From Eledone cirrhosa (taxonomy: Eukaryota): 64,000 nt of DNA. Both the position numbers and the translations under genes were made by a program. The DNA is taken from the NCBI GenBank assembly GCA_964016885.1, contig OZ024740.1, positions 233,988,001 to 234,052,000 of the forward strand, given 5' to 3'. Of this stretch, positions 28,865 to 42,843 are shown piece by piece; positions within the stretch are counted from its first letter, which is position 1; each line of letters starts with the position of its first letter. Below the pieces are notes generated by a model. That model was given only the letters and a program-made list of their open reading frames with translations, was not told where the DNA came from and made no database searches.

Positions 28865-29796
28865 GTGAGTATTTGCTTTTATCACACATTTTTGCTTGAG
28901 AAAAGGGTCAACTAATGAATCTGACGTATTTTATAACTAGTTGGATACATTGATTCTTTTCAGGGTTTCTTAGACACCGGAGAAGAACAGAGAAACGTTC
29001 TCCTTAAATTGCAGAACTACTTCGACTACTCCGAATGCTTGCGACAGAGTATACTCGGATACAAATGGGCAATGGTGATGGTGTTAAACTGGACTGTTAA
29101 TTAAGTCTACCACCTAAATATATTTTTTCATTCATGTATATACACACACAGATACACATATTCATACTTACATATACACACACCAATATATCTGTCTGGG
29201 TTTTGGTGTGTGCGTATATATATATATATATATACATGTATATATGTGTGTATATATATATATATATATACATCGTTTTTGAAATGTTTTGCAAGATTTC
29301 TTATCTGGTAACATCTGTTTAAACAGATATTGTTAAACTTTCGAAGGGTCATGCGGCCAATAAAAACACTAACCTCTATTGGTTTTCACTTCAATTTACT
29401 ATACATTTCCGGTTAGCTGGCTGGTTCGATAACTGGATCGTTGTTTATATATTGTCAAATCTCTTTCGTCACACATTCTGTCACCTCCTCAGTGACTGGG
29501 TTTTTATTTTGTATCTCTCCTTTGTTCTGTACCACACAAAGATGATTTAGGACAGAACAGAGGAGAGACACAAAATAAAAACATATCTTATTGCTAAGAA
29601 TGTAGCTTCTAATTTGAATGTAAGGAGATGGGTGAAAAACAAAAGATGTGTGTTCGACTCCCATGTACGTCAATACTCATCTTTTTCCATTTCTTAGAGG
29701 GTTATAAAAACACCACTTTCAGGCTAAAATTTATTTAGTCAAGAATACTACAAAAGCTTCTATTTCTAATATATATATATATATAATATACATTGA

Positions 29797-30779
29797 TCTA
29801 TATATATAAAACTGTGGTTGTCTGTCTGTCTATCGATTTTTGGCACACATCTCCTCTTAGAATCTCTCACGGAATTGCACCGAAATTGCTATACTTGTAC
29901 ATTGAGCCCTAGCGAAGACATCGGAAAAAAAATATTTCAAATTGACCCACCATGTGACGAAATCGAATATAATGTATCGATTTTTGAGCGTAAGTTATCA
30001 GTTATTTCCCTTTGTTCTGTTTACATTGAGCGTCTTACGTAAAAAATTACGCTGGCTTTCTCAGCGTTTAAAATGACATTAACACAATACGCGAACAGTT
30101 GTCGAGCCAGCAAAATATTGACCTGCAAAATTCATCAGTTCGAACACTAAGCTTCCGTTTTGCTTCATTTCCATTTAAAAGCATTTTAAAACAATATTTT
30201 TACTTGAAAACAAGTCTATTTAAAGACTACGTAAAACAAGCAAATATTTCGTCGTTAGGCGTGCAGACAGACAGTCGTGCAGACAGACAGTCGTGCAGAG
30301 AGGTGATATACGCGTGCAGACAGATAGTCGTGCAGAGAGGTGATATAGGCGTGCAGACAGACAGTCGTGCAGAGAGGTGATATAGGCGTGCAGACAGACA
30401 GTCGTGCAGAGAGGTGATATAGGCGTGCAGACAGATAGTCGTGCAGAGAGGTGATATAGGCGTGCAGACAGACATAACTGATAATTTGGTTACGCTAATG
30501 TTTTTCTCTGCGTTGCAGTGTTTACATTTTCGATCTTTGTTAATAAATAACCAGTGCAGTTTCTATCCCCAGCATCCTCTTTTGTTATAACATTCGGGTT
30601 ATCGTTATGTTTTCTTAACTTCATAAGGCATATTGTTGGTTGAGGGAATATTAATCAAAAACACCACATGCAAGTCTGCACAGTAGACACTACAGTTTTT
30701 AAGCCAAGAAAGAAACTTAACATTGTAACTTTAACACAGCTACTGAGCGACCCCGAGCAACGCCGGGCTTTACTGCTAG
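29797..30779 (+). mobile_element. Non-autonomous Helitron
   Basis: 5' A|TCTATATATATAAAAC and 3' hairpin cccgagcaacgccggg followed by CTAG|T. Confidence 0.85.
30257..30472 (+). repeat. ~37-bp minisatellite inside the non-autonomous Helitron
   Basis: Unit aggcgtgcagacagacagtcgtgcagagaggtgatat, about 5-6 copies. Confidence 0.9.
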
Positions 30780-31545
30780 TATTAAATAAATGGAAACTAT
30801 ATTTATAAAACCAAAGGGAACCAAAACTTTGGTACGCTTTCATCAGATAAAATAGAAAGTTTGTTTTATAAATTTTGACATAACCAAGAAAAGATACCTT
30901 AACGGTTCAAGTTTTTTCTTGGATAGTGAATGGAAAAGAGAAGAAAAATCAGATATTTCAAATTATTAAGATGAGTATGCAAATGAGGTTGAGGTATAAG
31001 GCTGAAAAACGTTATTTTAGACGCTATGCAGAATTTAAATACTTAGGATATATGTATGTATGAGTAGGAAGTAGAAAACAAGAAAGAAGAGCTTGTATTT
31101 ACGTTAATTTAAAAGGAATTAACAATTTACGGGAATGGTGGAATATGATTCCAGAATTTAAATTTATTTAGCTATATTATGAGTTATAATATTGTATATA
31201 TAATCAATTAGATTATATGAAGAATTATGGTTGTAAGTAGATTTTATCTTATTACATTACAATAGGTTGTAAGTATATGAATATCTATATAGATTAATAA
31301 TTGTGCATGTATAAGTATTATAGAAATAGAAATAATTTACAATTATTAGTTGTTTACATTTCTAATATGAGTTACGGAGGATATTGATTTTGCATTTTAC
31401 ATAAAAAAAACAAAACAGGTAGTTCAAGTTGTAAGAGGAGAATAATTTGGAGATTCGAATATTTTGTTCCAACACTGAAAATGTTTTCAGAATATTGTTA
31501 ATTTAGCGAAGTTATATAGTTTATCATACATATTATATTATAATA

Positions 31546-34500
31546 CTAGCATGGGCACGCGGCGTTGCCCGGGAATGAAATTGTTCCTTACAGATTTGAA
31601 GAAAAGAGCAAAATATTTTGTATAGAAATGTGTTATTCTAAATTCAATTTATTCTTCACGATGAAATCAATTCTGATTTCATAAAAAAAAATAATTGTTG
31701 TGAGCAAAATAAATTTCCAATTTCATGGGGGAGAGGGGGGGCTAAGGAAGGGTCGTGTGTGTGTTCACCTTTAACCAAAGGAAGCAAATGTTGTTAGGAA
31801 AAATAAGTAAAGGTAAACTGGGCTTGTTAAGAAGAGCGATGACGTACCTGTCTGTCCACTGTAGCGCTTATAACACTGTTTTAGCGGATGCTGGACGATT
31901 TGAATTTACCATTGCGGTAGCCGTGAAACAATTTCAAGTAGAGCCCCTTAAATAGGGTTGTGTGTGCGTTCACTGACAGCCCTAAAATGAGGAGTCACCA
32001 TCAACAATTTCGGTCCTAAAAAGGGCCGTTTGATCGTTCACTTGCAGCCCTTGAAAGGACTTTGAAATGCGTTCTCCAACGGCCGCAAAAAGGACTTCAA
32101 TTGCGTTCATTGGCAGCCATTAGAATGACTCTGTATGCGTTCACGATTTGTTCAGCTGCCTTAAATTGTCGCGCCGATTGTCAAGCTAAGTTCCTCTCTG
32201 AAGGCGATCATCTTAAACCGAGGGAAACATAAGTTTTAGTTAAGAGACTGTTTAAAAGCTCATCAGGCTGGCTAAAGAAATGGTGATTACTGACCTATCT
32301 CCTTGCTGTTGCATTTACAAGACCTGGTTGTAAACGATGTTTCTTGTTTTTCCTCGGTGTGCAAATGCGAAAACACTTTCCCTGTTGCCCACTCTAGACC
32401 ACCCAACGTACAATTCTCCGTGGGAGAAACACGGTTCTTCCAGAAGAAATCCGGCCACAGAAAGAGTCTGGCCCTGGGACTTGTTGATGGACATAGCAAA
32501 ACTGATCCGAAGCGGAAACTGGAGTCTTCAGAAGGTGAACGGAATTTCTGCTCCCGAGTGAATGAGAGGAATTCTCGGAATGAAGACACCTTTTCCGCAT
32601 TCAGAAAGGATTGTTGCCTCGATTAAATGTGCTATCAATTTTTCTACAGCCAGCCGTGTCCCGTTGCACAGTCTTTGTGGTTCCAAATTCTGCAGCAGCA
32701 TTACAAGGGGTGCCAACTTTAAGGAGAAGCATGTGAAGCGGTAGTCCTGGGGGCTCCAAAGAATTGAGGAACTCCGGCGGAAAGTTCACCACTTCATTGG
32801 GATCTGGCATCGTGTCAACAGATTTGTAAGTGTGAAGAACACCAGTCAGGGAGTGCAGTAGTTGGTCGTTGGTTTTGTTAACAGCAACGTTTTTTGGAGC
32901 TAGCACTGCTCTTTCACACAACCATGCGTGGTTCCGATAATTGTCTCTCAAATCTGGAAACACTTTGTCTTTCAGCTCACCTGCAGAATTAACTGAGTTC
33001 GAAAATGGCTACACTTCCAGCTCTCCTGCAGCGTCCAGAGGTATTTTGCCGTCGCCAAGTTTCAAAATGTCCTGTGCAAATTCCGCGGACGTTTGGTCAC
33101 GTGTAATTGAGCTCTCATGTTGGTTGTAAGAATCAGTGTCCTGACATGGCGCCACAGAGGAGAGGACTTTAAGCATGCTTGTACCTCATCTGCTCTTGTG
33201 CCTTTGTGAATGACGGGAAGAGTCTACCTGAAGTCACCGGAAAGCAGAAGCGTAACACATCCCATGGGAGCCTGGCAGCCTCTGATGTCCTTTAGAGCTC
33301 TGTTTAATACGTCCAGACCTCCCTTATGGGCCATGGTGCACTCATCCCACACAATGAGCTGACATCGTTTTAGGACTTGGCCCTGGTCGGAGGTCTTGCT
33401 GATGCTGCAAGTAGGCATTTCTGGCGTTATTAAATTGAGAGGCAATTTAAAACTGGAGTGTGCGGTCCAGCCACCGGGCAACAAAGTGGCAGCAATTCCA
33501 GAAGAGGCAACAGCAACAGCAATGGCCTTGTGCATCCTGACTTTTGCAAGGAGGAGTCTCGTTAAAAATGTTTTTCCCGTCCCTGCAGGAGCATCCAGAA
33601 AGAACATACCTCCTTTTCTGTGGCGCACATGGTCGGCAACAATGGTGTAAGCACGACGTTGGCCCGGAAGAAGTTGTAGTTCAGTTTCAAAGACGTACTT
33701 GGTAAGAGCATCGACATCGTAGGACGTTTCTCGGAGAAGAGCTGTAAGAAGTACGTTTGATCCTGTACGGATTGTTTGGGGCAGACCACATGAGGGCAAA
33801 TAATTTCAGCCGAGTGAAGCAACTCTATCATCTATGTCAATCAACGCTAGATTGAATACCTCGTCGCTGGTACGTTCCATCTCAGGGTATTGCACTTGCG
33901 CCTGACGTTTGTAGTCCTCGGATAAGTCATCTTTATACTTGAGCCACAAAGAGATAGGATTACTTAGTTCGCAAGTTTGCAGCAGCACTGCAAATAGAGC
34001 TCGTAGGCGCATAAGCGATTGAGATGCAACAGCTTCGAATAAATTGCGCACTGTCTTCTAGCAGGCCGCGCTTGAAGCAAGCTTCTCTGTAAGTGCTGCA
34101 CGTGGAACCGTCGGCAGTTCTAAGGTCATGAAAGGACTGGGGTCCTCCTACCTCATGTAGCAGAAGACAGACGTAGAAGCACTCATGTTGGTTCGGGTGC
34201 ACTGTGTAAACTCTCCCTAGGCAACTGTCAAACTTTATGCCAGGATGTCCATCAACAGGCTGACCTGCCTTTCTGCGAACCCATTGTTGTTTATTCCATG
34301 TGTAATAGGACGACACCTTAGGATACAGCAGGGTTTGAGCAAATGAATCGGCCTGACAAAGTTTGAAGAATGCAGTGAGGGTGGTTTCCCGTGGTTCCTC
34401 AACCATTTGAGCAGCATTAACGTCAGTGAAGTACACCTTTTGACCGTTCTCCAGGTGGACTGCGAGCTGTTCAATTGCAAGGTGCCTTTGGTGTATAGGG

Positions 34501-37500
34501 AATACACCAGAAAGCCTCGTTGCTGCTGATGTGACGGCCAAGTTGGTATTGCGTAACCTCGTCACGGCTGTTGTCCTGTTGAAGACCGAACATAGCAGCG
34601 CTGAACCCTTATTCACATATTTACATATGTGCTTGATTGACTTGACGGAATTACAGAACTCGACAATGATGTGAGCATCGAAGGTCTTGGAAAGAAATGG
34701 GCAGTACGACACTATCCATCTGTTGTCGATCTCGTGCGTCCAACTGTTGCTGTGAAACCACTGTCTCCGGGTTGGCGTCGCCTGTGCAGTGGGTATCCGT
34801 CAACGCCAGTCTGGGTTTCTTGGAGGAACTTTCGGGAAAATCTTTTGCTGCAGACATTGTCGTTCAAGCAGGGTGAGCTTAAATTGAAGCCCCGCCCATA
34901 TGGACCATGGACCATGTTTGTCTTCACTATATCATAGAGGTCTTTGGCTATAGACGGATCAGGAAACTCTGCGGAGATGATGCTGTCAATGTCATTTGAA
35001 GATATTTTTGTTGACAGCCAAATGAGGATGTGGGCGTGCGGTAGGCCCCTCTTCTGCCATTCTACGGTGTACATGTCGCACTTTACTTGGCCAAAGACTT
35101 GCCCTCTCTTGATGAGCTCCATACGATTGATAAGCTTCAGCCGAAAGACTCGGGCCAGGAGGTCATGCCTGTCTTTAGCCTGTTGCCCATGGAACAGTTC
35201 TGCCCCGATATCCTTCCTCTTTGGGTTGCAAGTGAATGTGATGAACAGATCGGGCCTGCCGTAATGCCGTACGTAGGTCATAGCATCCTGCGTTCTCTTA
35301 TGCATGTAGCGCAGACTTCCGGTAAAGGTAGAGGGGAGAATGCAGACTTTTCCTACGCTGCTGGGAGATGCGTCATTGTTGATGGCATCTCGGAGATGGA
35401 TGTAGCTCTCGGTGTGACCGTATGAAACCCATCTCTCTGATTCCATTTTTGCGCACATATCAACGGCGAATTGCTGAAGTAGGTCTCTTGACTGGTGCAG
35501 GTGATTGAAGGAATCGTGGCGAACTATGAAGCGGTAGGAGTAGATATCCATGCATGAAACTGGTTTTTTTGACGGAGTGTTGAGGGTTTACTGGATTATG
35601 CTGGTGAATTCCGTACTGATAGCCGTCCTCATTTACAAAGAGAAGTGGATACTGGAGCGCATCGTAAGATCTATGTGTTTCGCTGATTCGCTGAAGAGTG
35701 CTATCTCGACGCTTGAGGATAATGTCTCGTGGATTATGCTGACCCCCATGCGTGGATTATGCTGACCCCCACAGCGATTTCATTGCATGCAGAATAATTA
35801 TACCGACCCGGATGCTCCCCAGATAGAATTTTCGAGTCTTCGATTACCACATTATAATTGGCTGTGGTATCTGCTTCCAAGGCATACTTTAAGCTAATGG
35901 CATAGCTGTTTTTTTGTGTGCAGAATGTCTTGCAGTTTCCTTATAAGCTCGACGTTGGAACCAGGTGAAATGGAGTTCCTTATGGCTACCTGCTCGTTGA
36001 CATTCCCAACAAAGTACAGCTGAAGAAATTGAGGTTCTTGATTGGCGGCAGGTTGGAGGGATCCGATTCTATGATACACCTGACTTTGCACCTTAAATGT
36101 GGGCATAAATCCACCTTCCTTGACAATGTTCGCCCCCAAAAGATGTCATTTGGAAAGCACAGTAATACCTCCGGATGTAAGTCAGGAAATGCCGTACTCC
36201 GCAGTACTGCCTGAATATAGGAGCTTCAACGGTTGTGGTGGATCCTCCAGGGAACGTAATTTTACTTTTCCATTTGCGCAACACAAGCCAGGTGTTTCTC
36301 CGAGCCACTTTTTTGCATTGCAGAAAGAGCACCTCTTTGACATACTCCCAATTCGCATGTCTGGATGGCCACTATAATCAACGTAAGGGTTGTACTCGAA
36401 TGCTTTTAAGGACCATCATGAGCAACACGGCTTTGAAATACCTGCCCAAAGGCCCTTCGTTGAGCATTACATTGTAGTCGAATGTCTCGTTCTTGCGAGG
36501 TCTGTGTAGCTCGCGCAGCAGCAGTATTCGCAGCATCCGTACTCCGACGTCTTTTACGCTGGTCTTCCATCTCGGCAGCTCGTTAAACAGAAGTTGATGC
36601 GGCATTGCGGTTCGACGAATGGTTCGTTCGTTGTCTGTTTCAAGTGCTCTTCTGGTGGCAGCACGTTTAGCATCTTGCGACCGTTGAATAACAGATTCCA
36701 CTGACGATTCGTTTGCCCGCCATGTTCTTGTTGTTGCTGCTTTCGCAGTTTTTTTGGCCAATGGAGTATCTCTTCCTTCGAGGCATGACCTAAAAGCAGG
36801 ACGAAGTACACTGAAACTCACTGGTAGAGTAAGGAGTAAACTCGTCAGTGAATTAAAAACCGATGCATGTGATTTCCGAACGGTTGACTATGTAATTGCT
36901 AAGCCATGTGTGCCGTCTTAACCGGGGTATGGATAGTGAGAGGGGTAACAGTAAGAGCAGCGGTTGGAATGAGTGTAAGTTAGTGAATATGTTGTCACCG
37001 AAAAAATGGCATAAGTGAAACGCCACACGCACGTACACACACACACTCACGCACGCAAACGCTCAAATGCACGCAAACTCATGCACGCACGTGTGCACGT
37101 ACACACACACACATGTTAATAGATTTAACTCTTAGAGGAACGCTGCACGAACACACACACGTGCACGCACGCACGCACACGCACACATGTTAATTAGTTA
37201 TAGCTTTCCGTCGCCTCTTCCACTGTCATGTATCAAACACAGCGTCTGTCGCTCGCTCTCTCTCTCCCGCTATCCCCCTATTTTAGTCTGTCTGTTTCTT
37301 TCACTCTCACTCTTTCTCTTTATAACTCACTCACATTTCTCCCCTCTATCGAAAAACGCTGTGACGAATGGGGAGATGGAGGAGGAGGAGTAGAGAGCCA
37401 CTTCGCCACTTCGCCTCTCCGTTTCTTTCTCTCCCTCTCACTTCCTCATTATGTACAGACATTGGCCACTTCACTAATTCGATCCCTAGGACTAAATAAT

Positions 37501-37636
37501 TTGAAAATTTGTTTTGCTCAAAACACTCACAGGGCCATACGTATTACATGTGTAAAGTTTGAAAAAAAAACGGTTGGTTACTTCTCGAGTTTTAGGTAAA
37601 AAGATACACAGACATTCTTTGTTTTATATATAGAGA
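31546..37636 (-). mobile_element. Near full-length Helitron with decayed Rep/PIF1 helicase ORF
   Basis: Termini A|TCTC (37636) and hairpin+CTAG|T (31546). Rep motifs PDLFITFTCN, VEWQKRGLPHAHILIW, KHICKYVNKG. Helicase motifs APAGTGKT, IVWDE, LLSGDFR, LCNGTRL. Many frameshifts. Confidence 0.95.
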
Positions 37637-38379
37637 TAATGTTTATGTTTGCACGATTGAAAATTGAAAGATAACTCCAATCTTGTTTGTTAACCGTTAA
37701 ATTTGATGAATGATTTACTCAGAAAATATATAGAGAAAATTATATAATATTTTGTGTGACATTAATTTCAATTATATATTATTTTAGTCGAAGGAGTGTG
37801 AAAGTTTGAAAATCAAAAGGAGAGGGAAAAAGTAATGTGCATTTCGAAGAACTATCGTAAAGAGGATACACTTTCAGAATGTCAATTAAATATTATCAAT
37901 CTACATCTAAAACAATATATTTAGACGGGTATCATTAGGAAAATAATGTCAAAAGGTAAAAATAGTAGAGATATTAAAAATATTAAAAATATTAAATTAT
38001 AAACATTTATATTTGTTGAATTACCAACAAATTGAATATCCCTTTTGCTTTTATATATATATATATATATATTACAAATTAACAGGAGGCATGTTCTGGT
38101 GTAAATCCTTGAAAGGTTTATAATATATATACACAACGGCGATGAATTAGTTTTGCGAGGTTTTTGATAAGAAATCGTGTGTCGAAACAAATATTGTTAT
38201 ACTTGGGGAGGGTCATATTTGTGTAATATTGCCAGAAACCAACCAAACAGTGAGTGTGTTCTGTTATTAATTCTGGCAATATTGCACAAATATGACCCTC
38301 CCCAAGTATATACACACACATATATGTATACATATATATATATACATATATGTACATATATTTGATATTTCTATTTCAG

Positions 38380-38466
38380 CTGTTACGGGTACATTACATA
38401 TTATTGGTTTTATCGTAGCTTTCCTTCTAGGAGGATATTTCAGTCAAATTTATGTTACACTTGAAG
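38380..38466 (+). CDS. SLCO/OATP exon (TM5)
   Basis: tttcag acceptor, gtaagt donor. IIGFIVAFLLGGYFSQIYVTL. Phase 1-1. Confidence 0.9.
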
Positions 38467-38806
38467 GTAAGTTTGATAATAATATCTCACACATAAGTGA
38501 ATACTAAATTTCGAATTCTCTTACATCACATTAATCTTAACATAATACAATGGGATTCATTCGCCTCTCTCAGCTTTAACTATATAAATGTCGTGTGAGG
38601 TAAAAAGGAGTTTTCATTTCTATCCTTGCGTATGAAGACGATAATTCAGGTGAGGGTCAAAACCAACTCCATCACCACTAACTTAAAATACAAGATTATG
38701 TATTTACAATTTACAATAAATAATGTACCTTATGAAGATTAAGTTTTTGAAAATCCGTATGAGATTTATATGGGATTGGTTATATTATATATTCATGTAT
38801 ATAAAA

Positions 38807-38958
<152 letters not shown>

Positions 38959-39074
38959 ATATTTATATTTATATTTATATATATTTGATATAACTATAAA
39001 TATGTAGGGTAGTACTAAGTACTAGCCTAAATGTTCTAAATGACTTGTTATACGTTTTCGACATTCCTTATTAT

Positions 39075-39160
39075 CCGATGGTTCCAGACTTCCCTCTGGA
39101 AGAAACAATTGTCAGCTAATAAATGTTCTAAACTAAAATTTTATCGTTTTAACACTGTAC

Positions 39161-39246
<86 letters not shown>

Positions 39247-39318
39247 TTATATATGTAAAGTGTTAAAACGATAACATTTTAGTTTAGAACATTTATTAGC
39301 TGACAATTGTTTCTTCCA
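39075..39318. repeat. Inverted repeat flanking (TA)n, with hammerhead-like motif
   Basis: 39097-39165 is the reverse complement of 39250-39319. The left arm reads CCGATGG-ttccag..ctggaa-GAAACAATTGTC. Confidence 0.65.
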
Positions 39319-40123
39319 TATATATGCCTGGTGGTCATCAATCTGAAGGAAAACAAGACGACGATACTTTGGTTCGTGAAGACGTTCCCTGGCAATGAAC
39401 GGAAAAAAGCGAAGATAAAACGTCGTTATATGGACCGATGAGAACAAATACACGCAAAGACAAAACCACGTTGAAGTCGTAGACTAATATTCTATATAGG
39501 AAACCGAATGATTCTCAGCTTCAGAGTTAAGGATAATGTAAATAAATTAGTAGAACGACAATGACAGAGGTTATCAAAATCAAATAATTAAATATACACA
39601 TACACGCATCTATATACGTACATACACAGGCATACGCAAAACATACGCCATGCATGCATATACATGCACGTACACATAAACACGCGCACACATACATAAA
39701 TCCGCGCTACACCTGTACCCGCACACATACGAGCGTATACACCAAATACACATTAAAAACATTTATATATATGTATGTGTGTGTCAGATAATATATTATG
39801 GTTTACGTTTGCTCAGTTATTTTATTATCTACGGTTAATTTAGCTGTTTTTCTCCAATATTGATTTTCGATCAAATTTTCTAATAAATGCCCTCTAATTC
39901 ATACATAGTGTGATTTGTCAGATCATCTCTTGTAACTAAAATATCTAAAGATGATGTAATAATGACCGTACATTTTCTCTAAAATAATACCCACCGGTAT
40001 TGCATACAAGACATACATCAGGCGCAGGCATGATCACATGTTTAACGTGTTTGCAATTAGGTAGCTCAGAGTTCATTCACATTGCGTGGCATCTTGGACA
40101 AGTATCTTCTGCTATAGCTTCGA

Positions 40124-40280
40124 TTGCTAATACTATCTACCAATCGCAAATCCCAGCAGAAGGAGCAACGTGAAATAAAGTGTCTTGTTCAAGGACATAA
40201 TACATCACCCGGTCTAGGAATCGAGCTCACAACCTCACGATTGCGAATCCAATTCTCTAACCACTCAGCCACATGCCTTC
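40124..40280 (-). mobile_element. tRNA-SINE family B
   Basis: Homologous to 3352-3510. Confidence 0.75.
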
Positions 40281-40387
40281 GAAATGAATATACCACACAT
40301 AAACTAAATCCAATATCGACATTAAATCACTTTATATATGATTCATGATATTCCTCTAGAATCTTTTATTGTTTTTATTTTTTTCAG

Positions 40388-40555
40388 AAACACATCTTAC
40401 TCCGATGAATCCTCTTTGGATTGGAGCTTGGTGGCTTGGATTTGCCGTATACGCCTGTTTTTCACTGCTAATGGCACTTCCTCTGTTTGCTTTCCCACGC
40501 TCATTTAAACATAAAATTGTAGAGGAAGAAGAAAAACCACGATTATCTATCAAAG
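40388..40555 (+). CDS. SLCO/OATP exon with the family signature (TM6)
   Basis: NPLWIGAWWLGF..LPLFAFPRS, compared with the OATP signature D-x-RW-[IV]-GAWW-x-G-[FL]. AG/GT sites, phase 1-1. Confidence 0.95.
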
Positions 40556-40784
40556 GTAAGAAATACAGGAGAAAACTTTACATTTCTTTCTTCTGATTTG
40601 AATCTTTCAAATAAAGGACATTCTCCACAGAGTATTAACGATTGGATTTCTAAATAAGCATAAATAAATACTGGCGCAGTATAAGATGATTTTATGAAAT
40701 ATTAAATTGTATGATTTCATTAATAGTAATAACATAAACATAATTGAGCAGTATGTAATAAAAACAATTAAATTGAACAAAAAA

Positions 40785-40967
40785 GGGCGATGGATTGGCA
40801 GTATCGGTAGAGGGTCGGACGCCATGCTATGCAGCACAGGGTTATGTCCCTTTACGGACTGAGTTCAAATCCCGCCGAGGTTAACATTGCCTTTCATCCT
40901 TACGGGGACGATAAAATAAATTACCAGTAATGTACTGGCCTTGTACCAAAATTAGAAACAATTATTA
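40785..40967 (+). mobile_element. tRNA-SINE family A
   Basis: A/B boxes, shared body and attatt tail. Confidence 0.85.
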
Positions 40968-41560
40968 AAGGGAGAACAAAAATTAGACAAAAAAGGAAAT
41001 GGAAAGAAAAAAAAAGAAAAATGGATTAAGCAACGAAAGAAAAAGAGAGAGCGAGGAACAGATACTACAACCTTTCGGGGCGGTGCCTTGGTCGCGACCA
41101 TAGAACAAAATGGCAAATGCGGTACCACGAAGAATGGCCATGTACACCCATTACAACAGCCATCCCACCTCGTGGGCTCTTCCCTCAAGCGGGCCGCCAA
41201 TTTTACGGAAAAACAACAGCGCAGTGTGGGGATCAAGGACACCAGAGGTCTCGACGGAGACCGGTGCAAAGAGGAAGCAGTCGGTCAAGCTTCGGCATTT
41301 AACTATCTCCCTCTGCTCCACATTGCGGGAATCGGAGCCCAGATTTGTGGCCACAGTCACAAGGTTGAAGGCGGAGAACGAGACGCTGCACAAAAGCAAC
41401 CCCTAAAATAACTATGCACTAAGAGAAGATTATTAGTTGGTGATGAAAATATTTCTACCTTAGTATTTATGTTTAATAGAAAAAAAAGCTGCAAACTATT
41501 TCCATTTATTACGATATTCTATCATATTACGAGATGTTAAATTCGTTATACCATTTAAAC

Positions 41561-41879
41561 CAGGAGTGTGCAACATATTCCATTGGCGGGCCTCTTTTGA
41601 ACATTGGAACAACTATTAGGGCCAATCACTGTCAAAAATATGTAATCTAATGAAAACCACAACTTCGTTCCATAATATGGAACTGAGAAAATATAACACA
41701 CATAACCCTATCAGTGAAGCCCTTTAGTAAAGGTCAACTAACAGAAAACTGTATTACGGTTATGAAAAATATTCTAAATAAGCCTACAAGGTAAAAATTT
41801 AAAACGGTCATCGCGGGCCATTCTGACTGGTCCGGTGGGCCGGATTGTGGCCAACAGGCCACCTGTTGCACGCCCCCAG
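41561..41879. mobile_element. hAT-like MITE
   Basis: Imperfect TIRs caggagtgtgcaaca / tgttgcacgcccccag; 8-bp flanks atttaaac / tcttaaac resemble a decayed TSD. Confidence 0.65.
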
Positions 41880-41953
41880 TCTTAAACTATCAAAGGATAT
41901 TTTCTCAAAATATTTAATATTTTATTTTCTTCTTGTATTTTATTATTATTTAG

Positions 41954-42118
41954 ATATTGCTAAATCACTTCTACGAATGATTCGAAACCATTCTCTGATG
42001 CTTCTTTCATTATATGGGATTTTGTGTATTTTTAATGTAACCGGAAAATTAACCTTTCTTCCCAAATATTATGAGATTCAATTCGGGTGGCCTGCGTGGA
42101 AAGCAAGTATTGTGATTG
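41954..42118 (+). CDS. SLCO/OATP exon (TM7)
   Basis: DIAKSLLRMIRN..TFLPKYYEIQFG..ASIVIG. AG/GT sites, phase 1-1. Confidence 0.93.
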
Positions 42119-42485
42119 GTAAGTACTGTTTAGACTTTATGAAAAAGAACGAGAATACGAAAAAAAAAAGAGATGTTGAAGAAAGGACATCGAACTAAAG
42201 AGTTGATTACATTTGCTGAGTTTTTCTTTAGTTAAAATCGCATCTATTTTACCTTTGTTTTCATCTGAACGGTGGCATCAGTGCCCTAGAAATATTTGCC
42301 CCGCACGCAGAATAAATCTGTATTTACTTTGTTCAAGTTTAATTAGTGGTAGCACTGATATAGTGTGGTTCATAATAACGGTGTATATGAAAACATATAC
42401 GATATGTTTATGTATAACGTAGCAAGTATCCCGCATTAAATATTTTAAGCTGATTTCATGTCAGCTATCTCATTAGCCATGTCAG

Positions 42486-42531
42486 AATGACAGACAAGTG
42501 TTTCTGGGTTTTATCCGTCATCAGTGACATT
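42486..42531 (-). ncRNA. Hammerhead-like motif in a small SLCO intron (antisense)
   Basis: Minus strand: aatgtca-CTGATGA-cggataaaaccca-GAAA-cacttg-TC-tgtcatt. Confidence 0.62.
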
Positions 42532-42650
42532 TATTCACTCGGTAATAAGACAAAACGAAGCTATAGCTTACATACTGTTTTATGTATGAGACATCGACTA
42601 GAGATTCCCATTTGGACTTATAAGACCGTATGAATTTATTTCCTGCACAG

Positions 42651-42843
42651 GTTCAACCTATATCGCAATGTTTATGTTTGGTATGATCCTAAGTGGAGCA
42701 TTGACGAGCTACTTCAAAGTTGACATTCTGGGAAGCTACCGCATAAGTGTTTTGGTTCTCTTCTTCCACGTGTTTTTATCTTGGCTGTCGTTCACCATCT
42801 CCTGCACCAAAGATGACATAGCTAACACATATTTATCCAGCAA
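42651..42843 (+). CDS. SLCO/OATP exon (TM8-9), not in the ORF track
   Basis: tgcacag acceptor, gtaagt donor. Manual translation: GSTYIAMFMFGMILSGALTSYFKV...WLSFTISCTKDDIANTYLSS. Phase 1-2. Confidence 0.88.

Noticed and set aside
30257-30472. CRISPR-like 37-bp periodicity
   Set aside because: No unique spacers and no cas genes; a plain minisatellite inside a Helitron in eukaryotic DNA.
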